Shown here: piece after piece, positions 17,128 to 25,471 of the stretch
Position numbering within the stretch: the first letter of the stretch is position 1
Layout: the number at the start of each line of letters is the position of its first letter
The notes under the pieces: generated by a model
What the model saw: only the letters and a program-made list of their open reading frames with translations
The model's database searches: none
Told to the model about the DNA's origin: nothing
DNA from: Candidatus Latescibacterota bacterium
GTDB lineage: Bacteria > Latescibacterota > UBA2968 > UBA8231
DNA length: 64,000 bases
Assembly: GCA_965200315.1 (NCBI GenBank)
Contig: OZ241362.1
Span: 1,088,001-1,152,000, forward strand
Direction of reading: 5' to 3'
Program-made: the position numbers and the translations under genes

Positions 17128-19005
17128 ATGACCCAAATCGACCCCGCCGAATACCAAAAGCGCCTCGACCGCCTGTCGGGCATCCTCGCCGGCATCGCCA
17201 CCCACGCCGATGTGCAGGCCACCTTTCGCTGCCCTTATAAGAACCGCTTCGACCAATGCACCGCCCACTTCGGCTGCCGCAACCAGCGCAAGCCGCAAAA
17301 GCCGGGCGAACTGCTCCAATGCGGCAGCGACGACCAGCTCGACTACCGCTCGGCTTGGGAGTCGGCCCAACGCCCGGCCACGCCTAACCGCGGCCACATC
17401 CGCTGCGACAGCACCTCCTACCCGCTGTCCACCGGCGGCACCCTCTTCGACTACGCGGATCAGCTCGGCACCCGCGTACCCACTTCCTGTGGGCGCACGG
17501 GCCATTGCCACGAGTGCATCGTCGAAGTAACAAGCGGCGCGCAAGCCCTCAGTGCGCCAACGCCGGCCGAGGACTTCCTCGGCGGTGAATTCCGGCTCGC
17601 CTGCCAAGCCAAAGTCGAAGACGCCGATGTCGATATCGAGTTCGCACCGCTTTTTCGTACGCCCCGGATACTGACCCACACCGTGGAGCGCCCCGCCGAG
17701 CTCGATCCCGTAGTCCAGCGGCGCGGGCAAACCATCTACTACGGCGACGAGGAAATCGACCAATACCGCGGGCATCTCTACGGCCTAGCCATCGACTTGG
17801 GCACCACCACCATTGTCCTCGACTTAGTCGATCTGGAGACGGGCCAGAGCGTGCATTTGAGCGCGTTTGAAAACCCGCAGCGCTTTGGCGGCAGCGACAT
17901 CATGCACCGCATTTCCTACGATGGGCAACACCCCGGCGAGCTGCGCCAAGCCCTCGTCAAGGCACTCAACCACGAGATCGCTGATCTGTGCCGGCGCGGC
18001 GGCTTTGTGCGGCAGGAGATTTACGAGATCGTGGTCGCTGGCAACTCGACGATGCGCGACATCCTCTTCCGCCTCGACGTGCAGAGCATCGGTCAAAAGC
18101 CCTACAAATCGCGCATTGAGCACGAATACCTAAGCGGCGAACGCACCGCGACCAGCCTAGTCGAAAAGACCCGTCGCCTCGGCCTGAAGGCCAATCCCAA
18201 AGCGCGCGCGTACTCGCTGCCGCTGATCGCCAGCCACGTCGGCGCGGATGTAGCCGCCGACTTAGTCGCCGTTGATATGGACCTTTCCAGTGAGAGCGCA
18301 ATGCTGGTCGATGTGGGCACCAACACCGAAGTAGTAGTCGCGCACCAAGGTCGCCTCGTCGCGGCTTCCTGCCCGGCCGGCCCGGCCTTTGAGGGCGGTG
18401 GCATCACCTATGGGATGCCCGGCTGCGACGGAGCCATTGAATCTATCCGCTGGGACGGCGCACGTTGGCAGTGGGAAACCATTGGCGACACCACACCAGC
18501 GGGGCTGTGCGGCTCCGGGCTAATCGACCTCCTCGCCGAGTTGCGCCGCCACGATTTAATGACCCCCAAGGGCGTCTTCGCGGCCAAAAAGCGCCTGTTT
18601 GAGCTAGTACCCGAGCACGGCATCACCTTCTCGCGCCTCGACGCTTCCAACCTAGCCCAAGCCAAAGCCGCCAATTTCTGCGGTCAGTACATCGTCTTGC
18701 GGACCTTGGGCCTCAATCCGGGCGATGTGCAACAGCTCTACCTCGCCGGCGGCTTTGCCAACTACGTCGATGTTCAAGCCGCCATCGACATCGGCTTTTT
18801 GGCCCCCGTGCCCACAGCGCGCATCGCCAAGGTGGGCAATGCCGCCGCCCAAGGGGCGCGCGAAGTGCTGCTCTCCGCCGGCAAACGCGCCCGCATCGAA
18901 GCGCTGGCCAAGCGCATTGAGCACGTCGAATTAGAGACGACCCCCGACTTTTTTGAACTCTTCGTCGAGGGCTGCCAATTCAAACCCATGCCCGCCGCAC
19001 TTTAA
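17128..19005 (+). CDS. ASKHA-domain corrinoid reductive activator (RamA/RACo, DUF4445) with 2Fe-2S domain
   Basis: SCGRTGHCHEC...RLACQ ferredoxin; AIDLGTTT, DVGTNTE, CPAGPAFEG, GLCGSG and YLAGGF. Confidence 0.93.
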   Translation: MTQIDPAEYQKRLDRLSGILAGIATHADVQATFRCPYKNRFDQCTAHFGCRNQRKPQKPGELLQCGSDDQLDYRSAWESAQRPATPNRGHIRCDSTSYPLSTGGTLFDYADQLGTRVPTSCGRTGHCHECIVEVTSGAQALSAPTPAEDFLGGEFRLACQAKVEDADVDIEFAPLFRTPRILTHTVERPAELDPVVQRRGQTIYYGDEEIDQYRGHLYGLAIDLGTTTIVLDLVDLETGQSVHLSAFENPQRFGGSDIMHRISYDGQHPGELRQALVKALNHEIADLCRRGGFVRQEIYEIVVAGNSTMRDILFRLDVQSIGQKPYKSRIEHEYLSGERTATSLVEKTRRLGLKANPKARAYSLPLIASHVGADVAADLVAVDMDLSSESAMLVDVGTNTEVVVAHQGRLVAASCPAGPAFEGGGITYGMPGCDGAIESIRWDGARWQWETIGDTTPAGLCGSGLIDLLAELRRHDLMTPKGVFAAKKRLFELVPEHGITFSRLDASNLAQAKAANFCGQYIVLRTLGLNPGDVQQLYLAGGFANYVDVQAAIDIGFLAPVPTARIAKVGNAAAQGAREVLLSAGKRARIEALAKRIEHVELETTPDFFELFVEGCQFKPMPAAL

Positions 19006-19007
19006 CC

Positions 19008-20618
19008 ATGTCGCTGCCCGCGCTCCATCCACCCGCCCGCTACTCGGGGGCTTGGCAGAAGAAACCCCTGCGCCATTTGCTCAAAACCACCGACACCTTC
19101 GTCCACATCGTCGAGTTGGTGACCTCGCGGGGCTTAATCACCGAGCGCGACGGCCGCAAGGTCCTCGCCCTCGCCCGCCGCCTCGCCGAGCACCCGCAAT
19201 TCCACGCTCTGAGCATCACCGATAACCCCGGCGGCAACGCCATGATCAACCCGGACACCCTCGGCACCGACCTGATCTCGCGCGGCCAAGACGTCATCAT
19301 CCACCTCTCCTGCAAGGACTGGAACCGCAACGCGCTGCAAGGCCGCGCTTGGCAACTTGCCAGCGAGGGCTTCAACAACATCCTCGCCCTTTCTGGCGAC
19401 TACCCCATCAGTGGCTATCAGGGCACAGCCGGTGGGGTCTTCGACCTCGACTCGGTCGGCCTGCTCGAAATGTTCGCCGCCATGAACGCTGGCTTAAAAA
19501 TAAAAAAGGGCAAGCGGACTCAGCGCATGGAGGCCACGGATTTTTATCTAGGGGCCGTAGTCAATAACCACAAGCGCTACGAGCGCGAGGTCATGCCTCA
19601 GTACTTCAAGCTGGCCAAAAAAATCCACGTTGGCGCAGCTTTTGTCATCAGCCAGATCGGCTACGACGCGCGCAAGCAGGACGAGTTGCTCAAATACATG
19701 GCCTTGTGCGACCTCGAGGTCCCGGTCATCGCCAACGTGTACGTGCTCTCGCGGCCGGCGGCGCGCTTCTTTCACAAGGGTCACATTCCCGGGGTTGAAG
19801 TCACCGACAAATTGATGGCCGTCGTCGAAAAGCAGGCCCAAGCCAACGACAAGGGGCGGGCGTTCTTCTTGGAACTGGCCGCTAAGCAGTGCGCCATCGC
19901 CAAGGGCCTCGGCTACCGGGGAGCTTATCTCGGCGGGCACCTGCAATACGGCGACTACGAAAAAATCCTCGCTCTCGCCGCGACCTACTCGGAAGACGAC
20001 TGGCGCGACTTCGCCAAGGAACTCTGCTTTTCCTTTGCCGACGAATTCTACTTTTTTGAACCCGATGGCGACACCGGCCTCAGCTCAACGACCATCAACC
20101 GCGCGTACCTCGCCTCCAAGGAGCAAGCCGCCCTCCACCAAGCACGCGGCCGCCTGCCGCTGAGCTACAAGTTAAACCGCCGCATCCACGACCAAGTATT
20201 TGCGCCTGAGAGCGCGGGTTTTCGCACCGGTGCTCATCTCGCCCGCGCCCTAACCGAGCACCCCAAGGCCGCCAAGCTCGTCCACGCGGCCGAGCACGCG
20301 CTCAAAATCGCTGCTTTTGACTGCCGCGACTGCGGCGATTGCTCGCTGCCAGACATCGCCTACTTGTGCCCGGAATCGCAGTGCGTCAAAAACCAGCGCA
20401 ACGGCCCCTGCGGCGGCACACGCCAAGGCAAGTGCGAAGTCGGCGACAAGGACTGCATTTGGGCACGCGCGTACGACCGCCTCAAAGCCTATGGCGAAGA
20501 GGAACAGATGCTCGGCGACGCAGCCGTTATCAAGGACGCGGACTTACAGGGGACCAGTGCTTGGACCAACGCCTTTTTGCAAAAAGATCACCGTGGGAAG
20601 AAGAAAGATTCGCGGTAA
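19008..20618 (+). CDS. Methylenetetrahydrofolate reductase (MetF-like) fused to C-terminal MetV-like Cys-rich domain
   Basis: SITDNPGG, HLSCKDWNR, ILALSGD and DLDSVGLL; C-terminal CRDCGDC..CPESQCVKNQRNGPCGG..GKCEV..DCIW. Confidence 0.9.
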   Translation: MSLPALHPPARYSGAWQKKPLRHLLKTTDTFVHIVELVTSRGLITERDGRKVLALARRLAEHPQFHALSITDNPGGNAMINPDTLGTDLISRGQDVIIHLSCKDWNRNALQGRAWQLASEGFNNILALSGDYPISGYQGTAGGVFDLDSVGLLEMFAAMNAGLKIKKGKRTQRMEATDFYLGAVVNNHKRYEREVMPQYFKLAKKIHVGAAFVISQIGYDARKQDELLKYMALCDLEVPVIANVYVLSRPAARFFHKGHIPGVEVTDKLMAVVEKQAQANDKGRAFFLELAAKQCAIAKGLGYRGAYLGGHLQYGDYEKILALAATYSEDDWRDFAKELCFSFADEFYFFEPDGDTGLSSTTINRAYLASKEQAALHQARGRLPLSYKLNRRIHDQVFAPESAGFRTGAHLARALTEHPKAAKLVHAAEHALKIAAFDCRDCGDCSLPDIAYLCPESQCVKNQRNGPCGGTRQGKCEVGDKDCIWARAYDRLKAYGEEEQMLGDAAVIKDADLQGTSAWTNAFLQKDHRGKKKDSR

Positions 20619-20694
20619 GACTGCATTGTTGAAACCAGAGTAAACAGTGGGCTGTCTTGCGAGCTTGACGTAGCACAAACCATCAAATGAATAG

Positions 20695-21111
20695 ATGGCA
20701 GCCATCCACCACATCCGGTTATCAGTCTCCGATCTAGATACTTCGACGCGATTTTACTCGCCCTTACTAGAAGAGCTTGGATTCCGAAAGTTGTCCCCGC
20801 GGCTGACAGAGAAGGGCGAGATCGACAGATTGCGATTTGAGAGGAATGGGATGATCCTGCTGATCGGCCACACTACAGAAGCAGGCCGCTACGATAGGGC
20901 CAAGCCGGGGCTACACCATATCGCCTTTTCTGTCGATTCACGGGCAGAAGTTGAAAAAATCTACGAATACGAAGAGGTAATCAAGAACCTAGAGCATGTG
21001 AATGTCGAAGACCCACCTATCGACTGTCCAGAATACGGCGAGGGATACTACGCGACTTTCTTCTTCGACCCCGACGGTATCAAGCTCGAAGTAACGTACA
21101 CCCCAGAATAA
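20695..21111 (+). CDS. VOC/glyoxalase family protein
   Basis: IHHIRLSVSD, GLHHIAF and YYATFFFDPDGIKLEV; AT-richer. Confidence 0.9.
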   Translation: MAAIHHIRLSVSDLDTSTRFYSPLLEELGFRKLSPRLTEKGEIDRLRFERNGMILLIGHTTEAGRYDRAKPGLHHIAFSVDSRAEVEKIYEYEEVIKNLEHVNVEDPPIDCPEYGEGYYATFFFDPDGIKLEVTYTPE

Positions 21112-21132
21112 CTTGGAGCGGAAAACACTAGC

Positions 21133-21852
21133 ATGATTCGCGACGTGCTGAATGATCTTTTTTCCAAAAAGTTCCTTGATGACCACTTAGATGAATGGGG
21201 AATCGTAGAGCACTGTGACCATCTGACCTCGTTGGGCTATTCGACCACGATTACTCCTAGGACGATCTATGAGGCAGTTGACCGCAGCGCAGATGTAATT
21301 GTGACTCATCACGATGCCTGGAACTTCATGTTTGAGCAAAGGGATGAGGTTTGTGGCTTACTCCAAGACAAAGGCTTAACGCATATCTGGGCTCATCTGC
21401 CGTTGGATCTAGCAGACTTTGGAACATCGTCCACACTGCTCACCAAAATCGGGTGTCACCATGTTTATAAACCCTCAGCATGTGAGGCTCGCATCGGCAA
21501 ACTGCCTACCCCGACGAGCTTCCAATCGGTTTGCTCGACATTGAATTCGCTCCTTCAAGAGCAACCACGCAGCATGTATGACGCGAATCGAACAGTCCAA
21601 CGTATAGGTTGCGTCACTGGAGCCGGTATCTACACCAGCTACATTCGGGACGCCATGTCCCATGACATCGACATGTACCTAACTGGAGAAACCAATCTTT
21701 ATCTACTCGAATACGCTCGGCACCACGAACTCAACGTGGCGGTGTATTCCCACAACTACACAGAGTTGCCCGGCGTTGAGACGTTCGCACATAGGCTCTG
21801 TCGTTCTCTAAAACTTGAGATGAAAGGACACTTGGGGGACGCCCACTTCTAA
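21133..21852 (+). CDS. NIF3-like dinuclear metal-centre protein
   Basis: IVTHH, HLPLD, VTGAG, YLTGE and HNYTE. Confidence 0.88.
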   Translation: MIRDVLNDLFSKKFLDDHLDEWGIVEHCDHLTSLGYSTTITPRTIYEAVDRSADVIVTHHDAWNFMFEQRDEVCGLLQDKGLTHIWAHLPLDLADFGTSSTLLTKIGCHHVYKPSACEARIGKLPTPTSFQSVCSTLNSLLQEQPRSMYDANRTVQRIGCVTGAGIYTSYIRDAMSHDIDMYLTGETNLYLLEYARHHELNVAVYSHNYTELPGVETFAHRLCRSLKLEMKGHLGDAHF

Positions 21853-22129
21853 TCGCAACCGAGAGGCATCGTCCTCAGAAACTAAGGCCCTGTGGTTGGA
21901 ACAATAAGAAGCTGGCTATGTTGGCTCCTCGTCCAAAAGTATGAGGACAACGGGGTTGACCAAGGGCAGGGGAGGCGATACCTTAAAAAAGTTTGGCTTC
22001 GTGGACGAAATGGCGGCGATTTTCTTGCCAGTAAATCGCATCCCATCCATAGAAGCCTATCTTATTTAACTTCGTGCAACAACGCCCGTCCTAAATCACT
22101 AATCCACGTACAAACAAATACGGAATCCA

Positions 22130-23158
22130 ATGAACATCCCCGGTACGGACCGTCCCTTCGTCGTCATCGGCGAAAACATCCACACCACCCGCGTCGTCTT
22201 GCGCAAGGGCAAGCTCATCGGCCCAGACCCCCAAGGCGTCGAATCAGTGCGCTTCCGCGATGCCAATAACAAGCGCCGCTTCCTCCAGATTCCCGAAGCA
22301 GTTAAAACAACCCAAGACTACGAGGAAGGCCGCGTCAAATACCTCAAAATCGCCGTGCAACAAGCCATGCTCGGCAACGTGGATGCCCTCGACTACCTCC
22401 GTCGCCAAGTACAGCGCCAAGAAGCGGCCGGCACCGATTTCCTCGACCTCAATGTCGATGAGATATCCCTCAAGCCCGCGGAGCGGCAAGAGGCCATGCG
22501 CTGGTTGGTACAGGCGGTATCGGCCATGTCGCAGACGGCACTGGCCATTGACTCCTCCCAGCTAGACACCCTCGCCGTCGGCCTCGAAGCCGGTGACGAC
22601 CACCCCCAGCGCCTACTGCTCAACTCCGCGTCCTTGGAGCGGCCTGAAGCCCTAGATCTGGCCAAACGGTACAACGCCCAAGTCATCATCACTGCGGCGG
22701 GCGAGTCCGGTATGCCACAAAATGCACAAGAACGGATCGATCACGCCCGGCAGATGGTCGACAAGGCCCTCGCCTTGGGGCTGTCGCTCGCCGACTTGTA
22801 CATTGACCCCCTGATCTTCCCCATCTCGGTTGATGCGCAATTCGGCCACCACGCTTTTGACGCCATCCGCCAACTGCGCGGCGAGTTAGGTGCCGAAATC
22901 CACATCACCGGAGGCTTCTCCAATGTCTCCTTCGGCCTGCCCTGTCGCCACTTGATCAACGATGTCTTCCTGCTGCTGGCCGTCGAAGCCGGTGCCGACA
23001 GCGCAATCATGGATCCGACTACCACCTCACTATCCGACCTCTTTGCCTTCGACCGCCAAGCCCGGCCCTACCAGCTAGCTGAGGATATGTTGCTGGGCCG
23101 AGACGAGTACTGCGCCGCCTTCCTGCGAGCCTATCGCAAGGGCGAACTCGCAGCCTAG
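22130..23158 (+). CDS. Methyltetrahydrofolate:corrinoid methyltransferase (pterin-binding, AcsE/MetH-folate-domain-like)
   Basis: IGENIH, FLDLNVD, AIDSS, LLNSAS, YIDPL and GFSNVSFGLP. Confidence 0.9.
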   Translation: MNIPGTDRPFVVIGENIHTTRVVLRKGKLIGPDPQGVESVRFRDANNKRRFLQIPEAVKTTQDYEEGRVKYLKIAVQQAMLGNVDALDYLRRQVQRQEAAGTDFLDLNVDEISLKPAERQEAMRWLVQAVSAMSQTALAIDSSQLDTLAVGLEAGDDHPQRLLLNSASLERPEALDLAKRYNAQVIITAAGESGMPQNAQERIDHARQMVDKALALGLSLADLYIDPLIFPISVDAQFGHHAFDAIRQLRGELGAEIHITGGFSNVSFGLPCRHLINDVFLLLAVEAGADSAIMDPTTTSLSDLFAFDRQARPYQLAEDMLLGRDEYCAAFLRAYRKGELAA

Positions 23159-23261
23159 TCCGTTGGTCATTTTTGGCCTTATCGCGTAGATTAAAAACTG
23201 AGCTTAGGGCGACCTTTGTCGCCATCGGTCCCGTAGATCGCCAACGGAAAGGAGGGTCAAT

Positions 23262-24188
23262 ATGCGAAACGACAGAATCTCTATTCTTGCTGCTCTGCTG
23301 TCGTTGACCCTCACCGCCTGCGGCGAAATATCCGATACCGAGTCGGTCGCCGAGTCGGTCGCCAATTTGAGCAAGGATCACACCGTCCACTCATTGGGCG
23401 GCCAACGCCCAGCCTTCTTGGTCCTCCCAGCCGATCACGACCCCAAGACGCCTATTCCGCTCGTCCTCAGTCTGCACGGCTTCACCAGCCATTTAGCTGA
23501 GCACGACCGCTATTTTGGTCTCTCGCAGCGGGTGAATGCTGAGCACTTCGCCCTCATTATGGCCAACGGTACGCACGACCCCGATGGCAGGCGCTTTTGG
23601 AACGCCACGGACTTCTGCTGCGACCTCCACAACACTCAGGTCGATGACGTGCAGTACCTTTCCGGGCTATTAGAAGAAGCCGCCACGCATATCGCCGTAG
23701 AGCGCATCTTCGTCCTCGGGCACTCCAACGGCGGCTTTATGTCCTACCGACTCGCCTGCGAAGGCATCCCGGGCTTAGTCGCCATTGCTAGCCTCGCCGG
23801 TACTTCCTTTAGCGACCCCTCCCGTTGCGCTTTTGCATCCCCAGTCTCGGTGCTGCAAATCCACGGCACAGCCGACAAGGTCATAGCCTACGACGGCAGC
23901 ACGGGTGAGCATGAGTACGCAGGCGCACAAGAAGTCGCGCTGCGCTGGGCGGCACTCGCCCGCTGCGACCTCACCGATCCAGAAACCCTTCCTCCGCTCG
24001 ACCTCGACCAAAAACTCGACGGCCCCGAGACGGTCCGCGCCCGCTACCGCACGGGCTGCCGCAACGACGTCACCATCGAGTTGTGGACCATAGAGCAAGG
24101 CGCGCACGTACCGAACTTTGCGCCCGACTTCGGCCAACGCTTGCTCAAATGGCTGTTCAGCGACTCCCGCGCCGACACCCTGTCCTAA
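23262..24188 (+). CDS. LpqP/PHB-depolymerase-like esterase lipoprotein
   Basis: Lipobox LTAC; LHGF, WNA..CC, VDDV.YL, GHSNGGFM and IHGTAD. Confidence 0.85.
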   Translation: MRNDRISILAALLSLTLTACGEISDTESVAESVANLSKDHTVHSLGGQRPAFLVLPADHDPKTPIPLVLSLHGFTSHLAEHDRYFGLSQRVNAEHFALIMANGTHDPDGRRFWNATDFCCDLHNTQVDDVQYLSGLLEEAATHIAVERIFVLGHSNGGFMSYRLACEGIPGLVAIASLAGTSFSDPSRCAFASPVSVLQIHGTADKVIAYDGSTGEHEYAGAQEVALRWAALARCDLTDPETLPPLDLDQKLDGPETVRARYRTGCRNDVTIELWTIEQGAHVPNFAPDFGQRLLKWLFSDSRADTLS

Positions 24189-24203
24189 GACGGAGACAAG
24201 CCT

Positions 24204-25193
24204 GTGTCCCTTTTCCTTCAGCGCCTTAATGACCCGCGGCCTCTCTTGTACGACGGTGGTTTTGGCTCCGAGCTTTTCGCCCGTCACATCGAACTAACCA
24301 ACTCCACCCTCGCCAACGAAAGCCATCCAGAGGCGGTCGTCGATATCCACACCGACTATATCACCGCAGGTGCTGACTGCATTGGCACCAACACCTTTGT
24401 CGCCTCTGAGTTACACCTCGCCATGGCCGATAAAGACCCGACTCAAGCCGGTGCGCTGGCCCGACGCGGGGCCGAACTGGCACAGCGCGCCCGGGAGCGC
24501 TGCGGACGTGACGTCTTCATCGCCGGCTCCATCGGCCCCTCCCCCGGGGCCATCGAAGCCGACGCAGGCAGTACGGATTTCGGCATCGCCAACGACAAGG
24601 TCCGCGCTGCACATCAGCGCATCATCGACGCGCTCTGCGAAGGCGGGGTCGATTTTTTCTCCGTTGAAACCCAGTTTTCAGCCGTCGAAGCGGCCATGGT
24701 CTGCGACATCGCCCGCCAGACCGGCCTGCCCATTGCCGTCAACCTCGCGCTCAAATACACGCAAGACCGCAAAAGCAAGCAGGTCGTCTATCGCACCGAT
24801 TGGGGACATTCGGTCGCCGACCTGTTGGACATGCTCGCCTCGGGCCAATACTCCAGCGGCGACAACCTCCTCGACCACGTCCACCTCGTCGGGATCAACT
24901 GCGGCGCTGAAACTCGGCGCAGCGAGCACACCGGCATGCCATACGCCCTCCACGGCGTTGAGCAGCTTAAGGCCGCCATGCAGGAGCGCGGCCTCGACAA
25001 GAAGCTGATGACCTATCCCAACGCCGGTATGCCGCAGCTCAACAGCGCCCTCCGCACCATCTACTCGCAAAGCCCCGAGGAAATGGCCACGTACGTCCCA
25101 TATTTAGCGGCGGCCGGCGTCCAGATCATTGGCGGCTGCTGCGGCACCACGCCGGAGCACATCCGCGCCTTTCGCCAAGCACTCGACTCATGA
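24204..25193 (+). CDS. Homocysteine S-methyltransferase domain protein (stand-alone MetH Hcy module / BHMT-like)
   Basis: YDGGFGSEL, TNTF, GINCG, YPNAGMP and IIGGCCGTTPEHI. Confidence 0.92.
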   Translation: MSLFLQRLNDPRPLLYDGGFGSELFARHIELTNSTLANESHPEAVVDIHTDYITAGADCIGTNTFVASELHLAMADKDPTQAGALARRGAELAQRARERCGRDVFIAGSIGPSPGAIEADAGSTDFGIANDKVRAAHQRIIDALCEGGVDFFSVETQFSAVEAAMVCDIARQTGLPIAVNLALKYTQDRKSKQVVYRTDWGHSVADLLDMLASGQYSSGDNLLDHVHLVGINCGAETRRSEHTGMPYALHGVEQLKAAMQERGLDKKLMTYPNAGMPQLNSALRTIYSQSPEEMATYVPYLAAAGVQIIGGCCGTTPEHIRAFRQALDS

Positions 25194-25471
25194 CTCAATA
25201 CCAAGTCCTTTACTGGCGCGACATCCCCGTGCAGATCAAGCTCTTTGCCGGCCGCCGGCCGAGTTCACACACCCTACCCGCCCGCTTCCAACTCGCGATC
25301 GACCGCATCGCCATGCAGGAAGGGCTCGTGGGCACCGACGCCTATTTGGACCAGTGGCATTGGTCCGCAAAGCAAGAGCGCGCCGGCACCCCCGAAGACG
25401 TGCTGCAGACGCTCTTGCGCGAAACCGAAGAGGAAGGCGACCGCATCCTCGCCGCGTATAAACAATCGTGA
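25190..25471 (+). CDS. Virulence-factor-domain small protein (associated with split methionine synthases)
   Basis: [32 protein letters not shown] signature; ATGA overlap with the upstream gene. Confidence 0.8.
   Translation: MTQYQVLYWRDIPVQIKLFAGRRPSSHTLPARFQLAIDRIAMQEGLVGTDAYLDQWHWSAKQERAGTPEDVLQTLLRETEEEGDRILAAYKQS

Noticed and set aside
21892-22269. 125-aa ORF before MeTr
   Set aside because: No motifs; it spans the insert boundary and overlaps the real gene out of frame.
23339-23363. 12-bp tandem duplication (ESVA ESVA) in the esterase; 6-bp duplication in the VOC gene
   Set aside because: Trivial in-frame slippage in linker regions.
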